This document shows, in pieces, positions 34,953 through 46,237 of a stretch of DNA of 64,000 nt; position 1 is the first letter of the stretch; every line of letters starts with the position of its first letter. The stretch spans positions 30,938,001 to 31,002,000 of the forward strand of contig NC_087245.1 of the NCBI RefSeq assembly GCF_037042905.1, read 5' to 3'. The position numbers and the translations under genes were made by a program. Below the pieces are notes generated by a model. The model was not told the origin of the DNA. It saw only the letters and a program-made list of their open reading frames with translations, and searched no databases. The DNA comes from Lytechinus pictus. Taxonomy: Eukaryota.

Positions 34953-36086
34953 CTACTCTACGGATTCGGGTTGCAAATTGAGAGACGCAATGTTATAGTT
35001 TTCTTCTCTGAAGAGTTCAAGGTGGCTGTAGTCATAGTCGTAATCGTCCATTCGTGTTTCAGGGTCGTCAACATCACCGTCGTCAATATCGGCTTGGCAA
35101 TCGCATGAACTCACTATGACGAAGCCTTCATCCATTTCGTCATCGCAATCACCGCCATGTTCCTTTAGAGCTTGGTCTCCTTCGTCTCTGGGTGAGTCTA
35201 CAAGAACTGAATGTTGTCTTAGGGCTGATTGTTTTTTATTGTAAAGTTTATAGAGTTGAAGCCGATGCCATTCCCCATCCACTACGACAAGGCGATTGTT
35301 TCCGTAGTCGCAGCAAAGACCTCGCACATAGTTGAACTGCATCAATCCTCCAAGGCTGGAGACCACTCTATGAGTGTGATCAAAGACCACGACCTTTTCT
35401 CTGCTGAGTAATCGAAAAGAACCCTTCGCCCTCGCAGTCACAAATATATTATCATACTGATCGATGGTCACCCCGCGGCAGGACCAAGACCTGTTCTCAG
35501 AACGTATCGCCAGTTTCTTAACGAACTTGCCGTCCTTTGCAAAGATCTTCAACCCTGCCAGGTTGTCCGTCACAAAGATATGCCCTTCGGAGTTGAAGTC
35601 CAGGAACCAGGGCGATTGGAGATGGTCCGAACCAAAAGAACGACAGTATCTACCATCCGCATCATAAACCCTGATACAGCGATTCTGAGAGTCAGCGACG
35701 TAAGCATTACCTGATGATGCATCAACCGCTATTCCAGCCGGGCATCCATTCTGAGGCAGCTCCGCCTCGCTCCAGACCTTGCAAGAGTTGTCAGTGTACC
35801 TCAGAATACTCCGGTTTGCTGCGTCGGTGATGAGGAAATCTTGCTTGGAATCCGACAAAGCAACGATCCCGTAAGGCCTCATATTCGATGACAATCTCTC
35901 TTGCTTCTTTTCGCAGAGGACCTCTAAAGAATTGTCTGCTGGATTCACTGCTATGACCCGGTTGTGAAATGTATCGGTGACGATGTATTGGCCTTGGTGA
36001 AAGATCACATCATGTGGGCGATTGAGACCAGGTTTTAGACACTTCTGGAAACGTCCTTCGATTGTCGGAGATGGAGCAGACGCCAT
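34953..36086 (-). CDS. NHL-repeat beta-propeller protein (TRIM-NHL-like domain only) with an acidic C-terminal tail, 377 aa, single coding exon
   Basis: Six repeats of the NHL pattern: LNRPHDV..IVTDTFHNRV, RPYGIV..LITDAANRSI, PAGIAVD..YVADSQNRCIRVYD, LQSPWFL..IFVTD, CRGVTID..IFVT, VRGL..LVVVDGEWHRLQLY. Confidence 0.9.
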   Translation of the reverse strand: MASAPSPTIEGRFQKCLKPGLNRPHDVIFHQGQYIVTDTFHNRVIAVNPADNSLEVLCEKKQERLSSNMRPYGIVALSDSKQDFLITDAANRSILRYTDNSCKVWSEAELPQNGCPAGIAVDASSGNAYVADSQNRCIRVYDADGRYCRSFGSDHLQSPWFLDFNSEGHIFVTDNLAGLKIFAKDGKFVKKLAIRSENRSWSCRGVTIDQYDNIFVTARAKGSFRLLSREKVVVFDHTHRVVSSLGGLMQFNYVRGLCCDYGNNRLVVVDGEWHRLQLYKLYNKKQSALRQHSVLVDSPRDEGDQALKEHGGDCDDEMDEGFVIVSSCDCQADIDDGDVDDPETRMDDYDYDYSHLELFREENYNIASLNLQPESVE

Positions 36087-36486
36087 ATTGAGTTCTTGAG
36101 ATAAAAGAGAAGATGAAGAAAGATTCCAGTGAAATTAATTTCTCTTCCCTTCTTTAACATCGGATGACAAACATAAATTCCTTACATTATAGGACTCAGA
36201 CGATATAGCCTATCGTCACAGTTTCCAACCGAGGTGACTCGTTTGAATATAGTCTCAGGATAACGTGGTTATTGTTGTGCCTTGCATCTTATGGTCGTAC
36301 ACAAAACAAAGGGAAATAAAATTGTGGTAGCCTAAATATGCCTTAAGCTCCCTGAGAACCCACAAAAAATCATATTATGTTTTAAGAAAAAAACATGTGA
36401 TCTTTCTAAAAACAGGTGGGAAGTTAACGTCAAGTTTATTTAAAAAACAAAACAAAAAATATACAGAAACATATGAACAGGAATTT

Positions 36487-36723
36487 CATGGCCCAGGGAA
36501 GCGGGGGTGCTGCCTGTTTACCATAGGCACCCCCTCCCCCTTGAAATGTGGTTGGTATGCAATGCACAATTGTAACCAAAATCAGCTTCATTTAGTAGCG
36601 AAACTCTTTTTTTTGCTTGTCAATCACCTTCATTTAGCGAAAACTGTTTTATATATATTTTTTTTTTGCTTTTCAAATTTAAACCAGCACCCCCTGTTGA
36701 AAAAAATCGTTCCCAGGGCCCTG
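36487..36723. mobile_element. hAT-like MITE, same family as 2377 and 38668
   Basis: TIR CATGGCCCAGGGAA / TTCCCAGGGCCCTG; TSD not clean. Confidence 0.6.
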
Positions 36724-38667
36724 GGGAAGGTTTGTTCAATATCCACCAAAGGACAATAAAATAATCATGTTTACATTTTTCATTCTGAGGGCTGCTGCCC
36801 ATGGTTTTGATAATGATTTTCATTTTTCATATTTCAATAGTTAATGATGAATAGGTTTATGTTCTAGAAGAGTGCTTGAATGCTGTACTCTGTACTCTGT
36901 TTATACTAGAGTGCGTCCCAGAAATACGAAACCGAAAATTAATCTATCATAACGCAACGATGGTTATGATCAACAAATGACTCATGGTGCCTATTTGTAA
37001 AGTTTATGGCTTCCCCTCTCATTTAACTCACCCTCGGAAATGCTCCCACTGTAAAATAAATTGAGTAAAAAAATTACCCAAATTGGGTAAAACGGTAGCA
37101 TGCGAGTATCTTGTTGGGTCAATGTTGGGGTACATGCCTGTTTTATGGGTAACTTTCAATGCTACATTAATTTTGATAGTTTACACAGTATTTGGTATAA
37201 TTCTAGCTTACAAAAAAGCATTTATATATATTTTTTTCAATATAAGGTAAACTTTTTATAGTGTATGTTAGTAAAAAAAAATCAAAAGAAAATAATCTTC
37301 GTGAATTTACCCTTTAATAAATCACAATTAGAGTCAGTGAAAGGGTAGATAAAGAGAAGTCACGCTGACAAATGCTTTAACTGCATTTATAGTAACAAAA
37401 TATCAAAATTGTTTTAATATGGTTGCTTATGCCTATATGAATGACTTACTGAGAGCAAATGCACCATAATATGAGTTAACCTGTTGGGTAATAGAACCGG
37501 ATAGTCCTTGTACAACATATATATTGAAGTACTTACATACGAATGAAAATAAAGATTTTCTTTGTGCTATCTGCATTCTAATTTTCATCAGGAATACAGA
37601 GTAAGCAGAATTCATGAATCGTTTCAGGTTGATAGAATACAATATTCATGAAGCAATGTATTTCTGCCTGTAAAAGGCCTACAAACAATGGGAATAAATT
37701 AGTCTAGTAATGATACATACCTAACGGCTCCTTCGTGCACCAAGCTACAAAATCATTCAGTCTGATAAAAATTGTAAACGCGATTAGTGTACTAACATGG
37801 TACTGGACAGGTTAATTCCCCGTATCTGAGCAACAATTCCAGATTGCACGCTATCTGTTACATGCTTATGTCATCGGAACATAACAAATCTTTAGTTATA
37901 GTAGGAAACATAAATGGGAACGAGTCATCATGGTCATGATTAATCCTATATGCAGAGCACTGAGATCACTTGTTCAGTCCGTATGCATCGTATTCAAAAT
38001 CGTGCATGTCTGACGCTCACAGTGAGGTTTGTAAGCACGCGCAGAGACCAACCTACACGCAAGTACCCTCAAACGAACACACATCACTACATATCTCTCT
38101 CATACACCCACACCCACTTACAGGCACGCACCTTCCCGCACACACCTTTCACTAAAAATTATGATTCCAGCCATACAATTTTACATTGTAGACATATTAC
38201 AAAAGTAAAAAAGATATATATATAAATACAAAAAAAAAATAAAACATAAATGCAGTTAAATTTGCAGGGAAACAAGCCTTACATACTGGTAATACACCAA
38301 ATGGTTTAAAATCAGTTTAATCAGCGTCTAAATTCAGGGTTTAATTGGTTCAAAGTACATCAGCTCAATCACCATAGCCATGCATTGATCAACGGTGATT
38401 GGAATTAAGGTCAACGATCTACCACTGGGTAAAGGATCCAGATTTCCTATTTAGTTTCTCTTCTATTAAAAAAAAAAAAAAATCAATTAGACGTACGTGA
38501 TAATTCCTCTTTAAATCAACTAAAGACAAAGGCTGTTAAATGACCTTTGGACTTCATCGTCTAGTCTGTGAAGCCGTGGTTAATTTGCATAGAATCGAAA
38601 TGGAACACGTACACAAGAAGCTGATTATTTTCAAACTGTTAAATACTAAACATCCAGAGGTATAAGG

Positions 38668-38858
38668 CATGGCCCTGGGAAGCAGGGGTGCTGAAGCACC
38701 CCCAAGAATTTCCTGGGGGTGCTGCGTGTATTATTCTCCATAGGCAGCACCCCTGCAAGTCTAGAATATGTGAGAAATTGATAAATCTAACGAAAATGGC
38801 CTTCATTTTATAGTGAAAACTTTTTTTTTTTTGCTTTCAAATTTACATCAGGGTCCTT
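38668..38858. mobile_element. hAT-type MITE
   Basis: Starts CATGGCCCTGGGAAG; 8-bp TSD GTATAAGG at 38660-38667 and 38859-38866. Confidence 0.75.
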
Positions 38859-39373
38859 GTATAAGGGATATCTTTTAAACAATGTGGGCTGGGTCAAAGT
38901 TATTCACAATGAGGATAGCTAATGGCAAAACTGAGTAAGATGTTGGACCATTTAAGATCAATGGTTTCATAACTTTTACGTCCAATGCTGTAATTTAGCG
39001 GCAAACGCAAGAATCTTGCATAAGCCATGTAGTGAACCGACTAAAATGTTTAAATTATTCTCTCGACGTCTCCATGGGAATTGAAAGGAGCATTTCTATA
39101 TTAGCGTACATGTACACAATATACATTCTTAACATTGCGTTATTGCACGGTCGTGCAATATTAATATTATATTACGTTGATTTCCTTCCGTATACAATAT
39201 CACATATGAAGTGGTAGGATCTATATATTTATTCATTCCTATCTCAATCTTCCTTTATCGTACTCGAAACTTCCTGTCAATCTCTCTTAAATTTATTTGC
39301 TGTTTTGAAACAAATTTTATTATCCAACGTTTACACATAAAGCGCTGTATTTCGATCACGTGTTTTCACCGAA

Positions 39374-39803
39374 CACTCTAAAAGAAGAAGAGCTAAGAAG
39401 AGCTAATTTAGCTCTTAAAGTGTATTTTTTTAAATATTTTTTTCACCCTGTTCATGTCATCATTTTAACCTATGCCAATATATATATGTATTGCCATGAT
39501 GGCACTCGGGGTCTGCCTCGTCAAGACCTTTCGGTATTTTGCAGTCTCCCAAATTTCATTTTATATTTATGTATGTTTAATTGTTTTGTTACTATGTATT
39601 TCTCTGATATTGTATCTTGTATTTTTATTGAATGGAATTTGAATAAATTGAATTGAATTGAATTGAATTTAATAAAGTGACTGCACTTCGGATTGCTGAT
39701 TTTTCTCGTTCAAATTTGAACTAGACAAATCAGCACTCCGAAGTGCAGTCACTATACACGCTCTTTATATAAGAGCTTAATTAGCTCTTCGTTTCTTAGA
39801 GTG
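39374..39803. mobile_element. Palindromic CACT-ended MITE carrying an inserted LINE 3' tail (about 39430-39670)
   Basis: aa|CACTCTAA...TTAGAGTG|aa ends and a central hairpin 39676-39753. The insert ends AATAAATTGAATTGAATTGAATTGAA. Confidence 0.65.
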
Positions 39804-40204
39804 AACACACAGATGAGAACATCTTCTTTATTCTGTTTGATAATACAAAAGACGTGTCAAAGTGTCACGGTTAAAATTAAAATAAGGCAAACGAACACAT
39901 TTTTTGCCATGTCATTCACGATCGATTCATATTGTAATCAATTTTTATTGTAACTAAGATCCAAGGATCCAGATACATCGCACACTAAGGCGACAACAGA
40001 CATACATTATCCGTGTAACTCGTCGCGCCCTTAAGTGCTCAAAGTTTAACATTTGCATAAATCACTGAACAATACGTTTTCTTTATACTCCTTGTTCTAT
40101 CAAAAATTAAAAAAAATGGTCGACGTGGAATTAATATTGAACGTAATTAACAAAGTGATTCAAAAGCCCCCTCAACATTCATTCAACACACGAAGAGTTA
40201 CTTG

Positions 40205-41079
40205 TGTAGTGACTTGACTATATCTTTTTATATATCTACATCTATATATTCTTTCCTTGTATATATTTTCATTTATATTTCAACATATTCTGTATATGTA
40301 TATAAATTCTTTCTTTTATTTCCAATTTCATATATTCTCACTTGTTCACGCCATGTGTATGTACTACAATACTGTACATTCACAGAGCAAGCCAACTCAT
40401 TTTCTGTCCAAATCTACTTGGCAAACACATTCTTATATTGAGAAACAACCTTTCTTTTGTTCCTAGACTTGGAGCAAACATCCTTTCATTGTCTCTTGTT
40501 TATTGCGATGAACTTGCAGGTATACAACATCACTGCAGAGATGCTGGCATGTTTGCTTTTCTCACAGTCTACCTCTCTCTTCTTTGTTCTTTTCAACTGT
40601 GTTATGCCATCCTTTTGGCGCTTATTTCTTTGTCTCACCTTTTCTGATGTTGGTAAAAACAACTTGTTTTCTCCATCACATCATCACTCTACTCTCTGCC
40701 TTCGTCCTGTCCACTCATGCTGACCATCTCATCCAGCTGCTAGTGAGGATCGAATCAAATCTTGTGGAGGATCAACTTATACTTAATTATTTCTCTGCAT
40801 TTTCCAATCTTATTCCTTACCGTCACTTCCACTCATTCAAAGTCTATATTCTCTGCATATTTAATGAGCTCATTACTTCGCGAGACATTTTGTGACATCT
40901 ATCCCTTTTTTCTAATCTATTTGAAATTGTGAAGTGTATATATTTCTATTCACGGATTTGTGCAATTTATCTGAGATTCTGAGCGGCTGGATCCCATTCT
41001 ATCTTCTGGCGAGCAAGAATTAAGGTAGGATCTAACTTTTATATTTATATTAGGAGATCGGCTTTGCCAATTTCCTAAA
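40205..41079 (+). repeat. 5' LTR of element B
   Basis: No difference seen by eye from 44825-45699; the ORF track gives identical peptides at a 4620-bp offset. Confidence 0.96.
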
Positions 41080-41080
41080 C

Positions 41081-41098
41081 TGGTGACCCCGACGTGAT
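41081..41098 (+). other. Primer binding site of element B, complementary to tRNA-Trp
   Basis: TGGTGACCCCGACGTGAT is the complement of the tRNA-Trp 3' end ATCACGTCGGGGTCACCA (recalled sequence). Confidence 0.9.
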
Positions 41099-41235
41099 CC
41101 TGAATCCTTAATTTTCTTCTATCGCCTTCTATTCATTTCGCTATTTTCGCTTCCTCTCGAGCTCTCACTTCGCTATTCTCACTTCGCTATTTTTTTGTTT
41201 CCTTTCTACTCCTCAATTTTTCTTAACCCTACAAC

Positions 41236-41538
41236 ATGACTATCCCTAATGTTTCTTCTACTCCTGAATCTTTCCTTTCTCCAATCGACCAACTCTCCGC
41301 TCAGGTTGACCAGCTCACAATGCAGGTTCAAGCATTAACCTGCTCCATGCTGGAAAACCAGAGATGGACTCGTAGTCGACAGCGCAAGTCGGTTTCGCGC
41401 AGCCCGCATCACTGTAAACAGCATGCAGGTGCCCAGTGCTGGTATCACTGGAAGCATGGGAGCAGTGCTCAAAAGTGCATTAGTCCTTGCTCTTTCTCAG
41501 CAAGACAGGCCCAGGGAAACGACCCCGCCAAGGAATAG
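41236..41538 (+). CDS. Short gag of element B (100 aa): coiled coil, RS-rich tract and CHCC knuckle, with no capsid region
   Basis: [30 protein letters not shown] and [18 protein letters not shown] (C-x2-H-x9-C-x3-C); in-frame TAA four codons upstream of the ATG. Confidence 0.88.
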   Translation: MTIPNVSSTPESFLSPIDQLSAQVDQLTMQVQALTCSMLENQRWTRSRQRKSVSRSPHHCKQHAGAQCWYHWKHGSSAQKCISPCSFSARQAQGNDPAKE

Positions 41539-44500
41539 CGGCGACTAACCCCCTTGGCAGCACCCAACCCAGTCGCCTTTTCTTTGTCAACGATAAGTAC
41601 ACTGGTACACGCTATCTCGTCGACACAGGTGCTGAGGTGAGCATTTTCCCTCATTCAAAATTGGGAAAACCGGCTAGGGTTGACGCGACAAATATCCAAC
41701 TACAGGCTGTAAATCGATCACCAATCAAGACTTTCGGACAAAAGTCTTTCACACTTGATCTCGGTTTACGGCGTGTTTTCCGCTGGATATTTGTTGTGAC
41801 AGACATACCTACGCCGATTTTGGGTGCCGATTTTCTTGACCAATTTGGACTGTTGGTGGATATCAAACACCGCCGATTGATAGACACCAAAACCACTCTT
41901 ACAGTCCAGGGATGTGGTTCATATACTGGTACTATTAGCCCGATGTATGTTCAACATGACACATCGGAGCGATTTCACTCCATTCTCCGTCAGTATCCGG
42001 ATATCACACGACCGGTTTACAAGCACTCAGAAGTGAAACATACTACCACGCATCACATCCCAACTCGAGGCCCGCCCGCGGCAGCGCGCCCTCGTCGACT
42101 TGCTCCAGATCGTCAGAGAATTGCCCAGGCAGAGTTCGAGCACATGCTTGAACTTGGCATTATCCGACAATCTGAGAGCAACTGGTCAAGTCCATTGCAC
42201 ATGGTTCCCAAGAAAACGCCAGGGGACTGGCGGCCTTGTGGTGATTATCGCTTGCTCAACGCTCGCACGGTCCCGGATCGATACCCTATCCCACACTTGC
42301 AAGATTTCTCTTCAACTCTTGCAGGTAAGACAATTTTTTCCAAAATTGATCTCGTTAGGGCATATCATCAGATCCCAGTCGAGCCTAGCGACATTCACAA
42401 GACTGCCGTGACCACTCCATTCGGCTTATTCGAATTCGTTCGAATGCCATTCGGCCTTAGGAATGCAGCACAAACATTCCAGCGATTGATGGACACCGTC
42501 ATTCGCGGCTTTCCATTTGTCTATGTTTATCTGGATGATATACTGGTAGCCAGTTCCTCTAAGGATGAACATGTGACACATCTCCGTCAGCTTTTCGATC
42601 GCCTGCAGGAGTATGGCATCATCGTCAATCCCTCGAAATGTCAGTTTGGTGCTTCATCGCTATCTTTTCTCGGACATATGGTGGACAACACCGGAATCCG
42701 CCCTCTTAGCGACAAAGTGAAAATCATCCGTGATTTTCCCGCACCTACGTCACTCACCAAACTTCGAGAATTCCTGGGATTGATAAACTTCTACAGGCGA
42801 TTCATTCCTCGTTGTGCAGAGGTGCTGCAACCACTGACTGATCTGTTGAAAAACAGAACAAAAAAGAACATGCCAATTGATCTTGGAGAGAAAGAGCTTC
42901 TTGCTTTCAATCATGCTAAAGATCAATTGGCTAACTCTACTGTTCTTGTGCACCCTCGCACTGATGTTCCCTTGTGCCTACTAGTCGACGCTTCTGACGT
43001 AGGAGTTGGGGGAGCTATCCAACAACGAGTAGATGGAGTGTGGCAACCTCTGGCTTTCTTCTCTAAGAGGTTACAACCCGCTGAAACCAAATACAGCACT
43101 TTTCGTAGGGAGTTGCTTGCAGCATATCTGGGTATCAAGCACTTCCGTCATCTCCTTGAAGGTAGGTCATTTACTATCTACACTGACCACAAACCTCTTA
43201 CCCATGCACTCAAATCGAAACCGGATAGGCATTCGCCACGTGAAATCCGACAACTCGATTTCATTTCTCAGTTCACATCTGATATACAGCACATTTCAGG
43301 TAAGGAGAACACAGCAGCAGACGCCCTCTCTCGTCTGTATATTGACAGAGTTGATTCTTCCTCAATCATAGACTTTGCGGCCATCGCAAAAGATCAGGAA
43401 GATGAAACTGAGGTGAAAGACTCCTCACTTCAACTCAAGTCAATTGCTCTCCCAGGTTCTACCACTACCATTCTGTGCGATATATCAACTGGTACTGCCA
43501 GGCCTTTGGTACCAGTCAAACATAGAAGAGCTATTTTTGATTCCCTTCATGGACTTTCTCATCCAGGAATCAGAGCTACTCAAAAGCTCATTACAGAGCG
43601 CTTTGTTTGGCCTAGCATCAACGCTGATGTCAGGAAATGGGCCAAAACATGCCTAGAGTGTCAAAAGTGTAAAGTACATCGGCACACCAAAGCACCACTT
43701 GGTACTTTCACTTCACCTGATGCACGCTTCTCTCATGTGCACATTGACCTCGTAGGCCCGCTTCCTTCATCAGAGGGTAACAATTATCTTCTTACTTGTG
43801 TTGATCGCTACACCAGATGGCCAGAATTAGCTATCCCTATCCCAGACATCACTGCGGAGACGGTAGCGCGAGCATTTGTGGCCAGATGGGTAGCAGTGTT
43901 TGGTGCACCTACTACCATCACAACAGACAGAGGTAGGCAATTTGAGTCAGCACTTTTCCTTTCACTCACCAACCTCCTTGGCACTAAACGCATCCGCACA
44001 ACAGCATACCATCCTGCCGCAAATGGTTTAGTGGAGCGTTTTCATCGCCAACTTAAAGCCTCTCTCAAGGCTCATAACAAGGTCCGTTGGACTGAGTCAC
44101 TCCCTTTAGTCTTGCTGGGTATACGCACAGCAATCAAGGCGGACATTGGATGCTCTGCAGCAGAACTAGTATTTGGGACTACAGTCACTCTACCTGCACA
44201 ATTTGTAGCTCCTTCACAAATTGATGCTGCCGATGACCCATCTAACTATGCCCACAGACTAAAGAGAATGATGCGAGAATTACATCCCACTCCTACTCGA
44301 GAACAGCACACTCGAACGCAGGTACATCCTGAACTGCATTCTTCATCTCACATCTTTCTAAGAGATGATGCTGTTAAAAAGCCACTGCAGCCTCCATACA
44401 GAGGACCCTTCCGAGTCATCCGTCGCACTGACAAGTATTTTACCATTGATTATAATGGTAAACATGAAAATGTCAGTGTCGACAGACTGAAACCGGCTTT

Positions 44501-44693
44501 CATCGAGCAGGAGGCTAACATTCCTTCATTTCATCATCAAGATCCACCTGACCAAGTTCATCAACAATCCAAATCCACGGACTTGGCAAGGGATCCTGAT
44601 GACAAGCATATGCCTCCCGAAATTCGTAAGACCCGTTCTGGTCGCAATGTCAGGTTTCCTGCCAAATACGTTCAATTTTTCGGAGACGGTTGA
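41487..44693 (+). CDS. Pol of element B (PR-RT-RH-IN), entered by -1 frameshift near 41514-41520
   Basis: [70 protein letters not shown] and PPYRGPF; no ATG near the ORF start. Confidence 0.97.
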   Translation: MLFLSKTGPGKRPRQGIAATNPLGSTQPSRLFFVNDKYTGTRYLVDTGAEVSIFPHSKLGKPARVDATNIQLQAVNRSPIKTFGQKSFTLDLGLRRVFRWIFVVTDIPTPILGADFLDQFGLLVDIKHRRLIDTKTTLTVQGCGSYTGTISPMYVQHDTSERFHSILRQYPDITRPVYKHSEVKHTTTHHIPTRGPPAAARPRRLAPDRQRIAQAEFEHMLELGIIRQSESNWSSPLHMVPKKTPGDWRPCGDYRLLNARTVPDRYPIPHLQDFSSTLAGKTIFSKIDLVRAYHQIPVEPSDIHKTAVTTPFGLFEFVRMPFGLRNAAQTFQRLMDTVIRGFPFVYVYLDDILVASSSKDEHVTHLRQLFDRLQEYGIIVNPSKCQFGASSLSFLGHMVDNTGIRPLSDKVKIIRDFPAPTSLTKLREFLGLINFYRRFIPRCAEVLQPLTDLLKNRTKKNMPIDLGEKELLAFNHAKDQLANSTVLVHPRTDVPLCLLVDASDVGVGGAIQQRVDGVWQPLAFFSKRLQPAETKYSTFRRELLAAYLGIKHFRHLLEGRSFTIYTDHKPLTHALKSKPDRHSPREIRQLDFISQFTSDIQHISGKENTAADALSRLYIDRVDSSSIIDFAAIAKDQEDETEVKDSSLQLKSIALPGSTTTILCDISTGTARPLVPVKHRRAIFDSLHGLSHPGIRATQKLITERFVWPSINADVRKWAKTCLECQKCKVHRHTKAPLGTFTSPDARFSHVHIDLVGPLPSSEGNNYLLTCVDRYTRWPELAIPIPDITAETVARAFVARWVAVFGAPTTITTDRGRQFESALFLSLTNLLGTKRIRTTAYHPAANGLVERFHRQLKASLKAHNKVRWTESLPLVLLGIRTAIKADIGCSAAELVFGTTVTLPAQFVAPSQIDAADDPSNYAHRLKRMMRELHPTPTREQHTRTQVHPELHSSSHIFLRDDAVKKPLQPPYRGPFRVIRRTDKYFTIDYNGKHENVSVDRLKPAFIEQEANIPSFHHQDPPDQVHQQSKSTDLARDPDDKHMPPEIRKTRSGRNVRFPAKYVQFFGDG

Positions 44694-44811
44694 AACATGT
44701 CTCAAAATTCACTGATGTTTCCACTCCTTTTATTTTCTTGTTTTATATAGCCAAGTTCCCTTTTACTTTCCCTTGTCGATTTGTTACTACATTTCTATTC
44801 GGTACAAATCT

Positions 44812-44820
44812 AGGGGGGAG
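44812..44820 (+). other. Polypurine tract of element B
   Basis: AGGGGGGAG, 4 nt before the 3' LTR. Confidence 0.85.
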
Positions 44821-44824
44821 CTAC

Positions 44825-45699
44825 TGTAGTGACTTGACTATATCTTTTTATATATCTACATCTATATATTCTTTCCTTGTATATATTTTCATTTATATTT
44901 CAACATATTCTGTATATGTATATAAATTCTTTCTTTTATTTCCAATTTCATATATTCTCACTTGTTCACGCCATGTGTATGTACTACAATACTGTACATT
45001 CACAGAGCAAGCCAACTCATTTTCTGTCCAAATCTACTTGGCAAACACATTCTTATATTGAGAAACAACCTTTCTTTTGTTCCTAGACTTGGAGCAAACA
45101 TCCTTTCATTGTCTCTTGTTTATTGCGATGAACTTGCAGGTATACAACATCACTGCAGAGATGCTGGCATGTTTGCTTTTCTCACAGTCTACCTCTCTCT
45201 TCTTTGTTCTTTTCAACTGTGTTATGCCATCCTTTTGGCGCTTATTTCTTTGTCTCACCTTTTCTGATGTTGGTAAAAACAACTTGTTTTCTCCATCACA
45301 TCATCACTCTACTCTCTGCCTTCGTCCTGTCCACTCATGCTGACCATCTCATCCAGCTGCTAGTGAGGATCGAATCAAATCTTGTGGAGGATCAACTTAT
45401 ACTTAATTATTTCTCTGCATTTTCCAATCTTATTCCTTACCGTCACTTCCACTCATTCAAAGTCTATATTCTCTGCATATTTAATGAGCTCATTACTTCG
45501 CGAGACATTTTGTGACATCTATCCCTTTTTTCTAATCTATTTGAAATTGTGAAGTGTATATATTTCTATTCACGGATTTGTGCAATTTATCTGAGATTCT
45601 GAGCGGCTGGATCCCATTCTATCTTCTGGCGAGCAAGAATTAAGGTAGGATCTAACTTTTATATTTATATTAGGAGATCGGCTTTGCCAATTTCCTAAA
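44825..45699 (+). repeat. 3' LTR of element B
   Basis: Direct repeat of 40205-41079. Confidence 0.96.
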
Positions 45700-46237
45700 C
45701 TTGTAATTTTTCACTATGCTCCATTTTCCAATTGATTATTCACTTTCTAAAATAAAACAATAGGTCATAACTATCCAACTTGAAAAGCAGACCTGAAATA
45801 TCCACTCATCTCATCTCAATTGACTAATCCTTCTAAAACTCACCATCCTCACTCAACACGTTTCTTACATCAACCATGGATGTCGATCAGATGTATTCAC
45901 TTAATGCTCCACAACCATGGTCACTGTCGTTACTCCTATCAAATACACGGTCGGACCAATTAATGCACCAATACATCAAATTGTTTATAATTGTCTCCAA
46001 GGCTCTTAAATACGCCTATATACAAAATTAATGTTTCAGGAACAACATTTTGTTTTACAACAGCGTAATATTGACTTCTCAAAATCAATCTCAGAATTTT
46101 ATCCAACAAAATCATGTCAATTGTTCATCTGGTCATGTTATCGGTTTTCTTTAAATTTAAACAGCTCACCATGCGTGTAAATTCTGCGACGCCACTTTCG
46201 CTGAAAATTCACTTGATTGATTATGGTTCGATTTTCT

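Larger units (their letters stand above)
40205..45699 (+). mobile_element. Ty3/Gypsy LTR retrotransposon of CsRn1/Kabuki type (element B)
   Basis: Two ~875-bp LTRs, TSD CTTG (or ACTTG), tRNA-Trp PBS, CHCC gag knuckle, intact pol and PPT. Confidence 0.97.

Noticed and set aside
34953-36086. NHL ORF as cargo or an env-like gene of element A
   Set aside because: It lies outside the LTR and the TATA target-site duplication, so it is a host gene.
40202-40895. ORFs inside element B LTRs as the missing capsid
   Set aside because: Pyrimidine-rich, compositionally biased peptides with no Gag-like motif, and no AG acceptor near the gag ATG.
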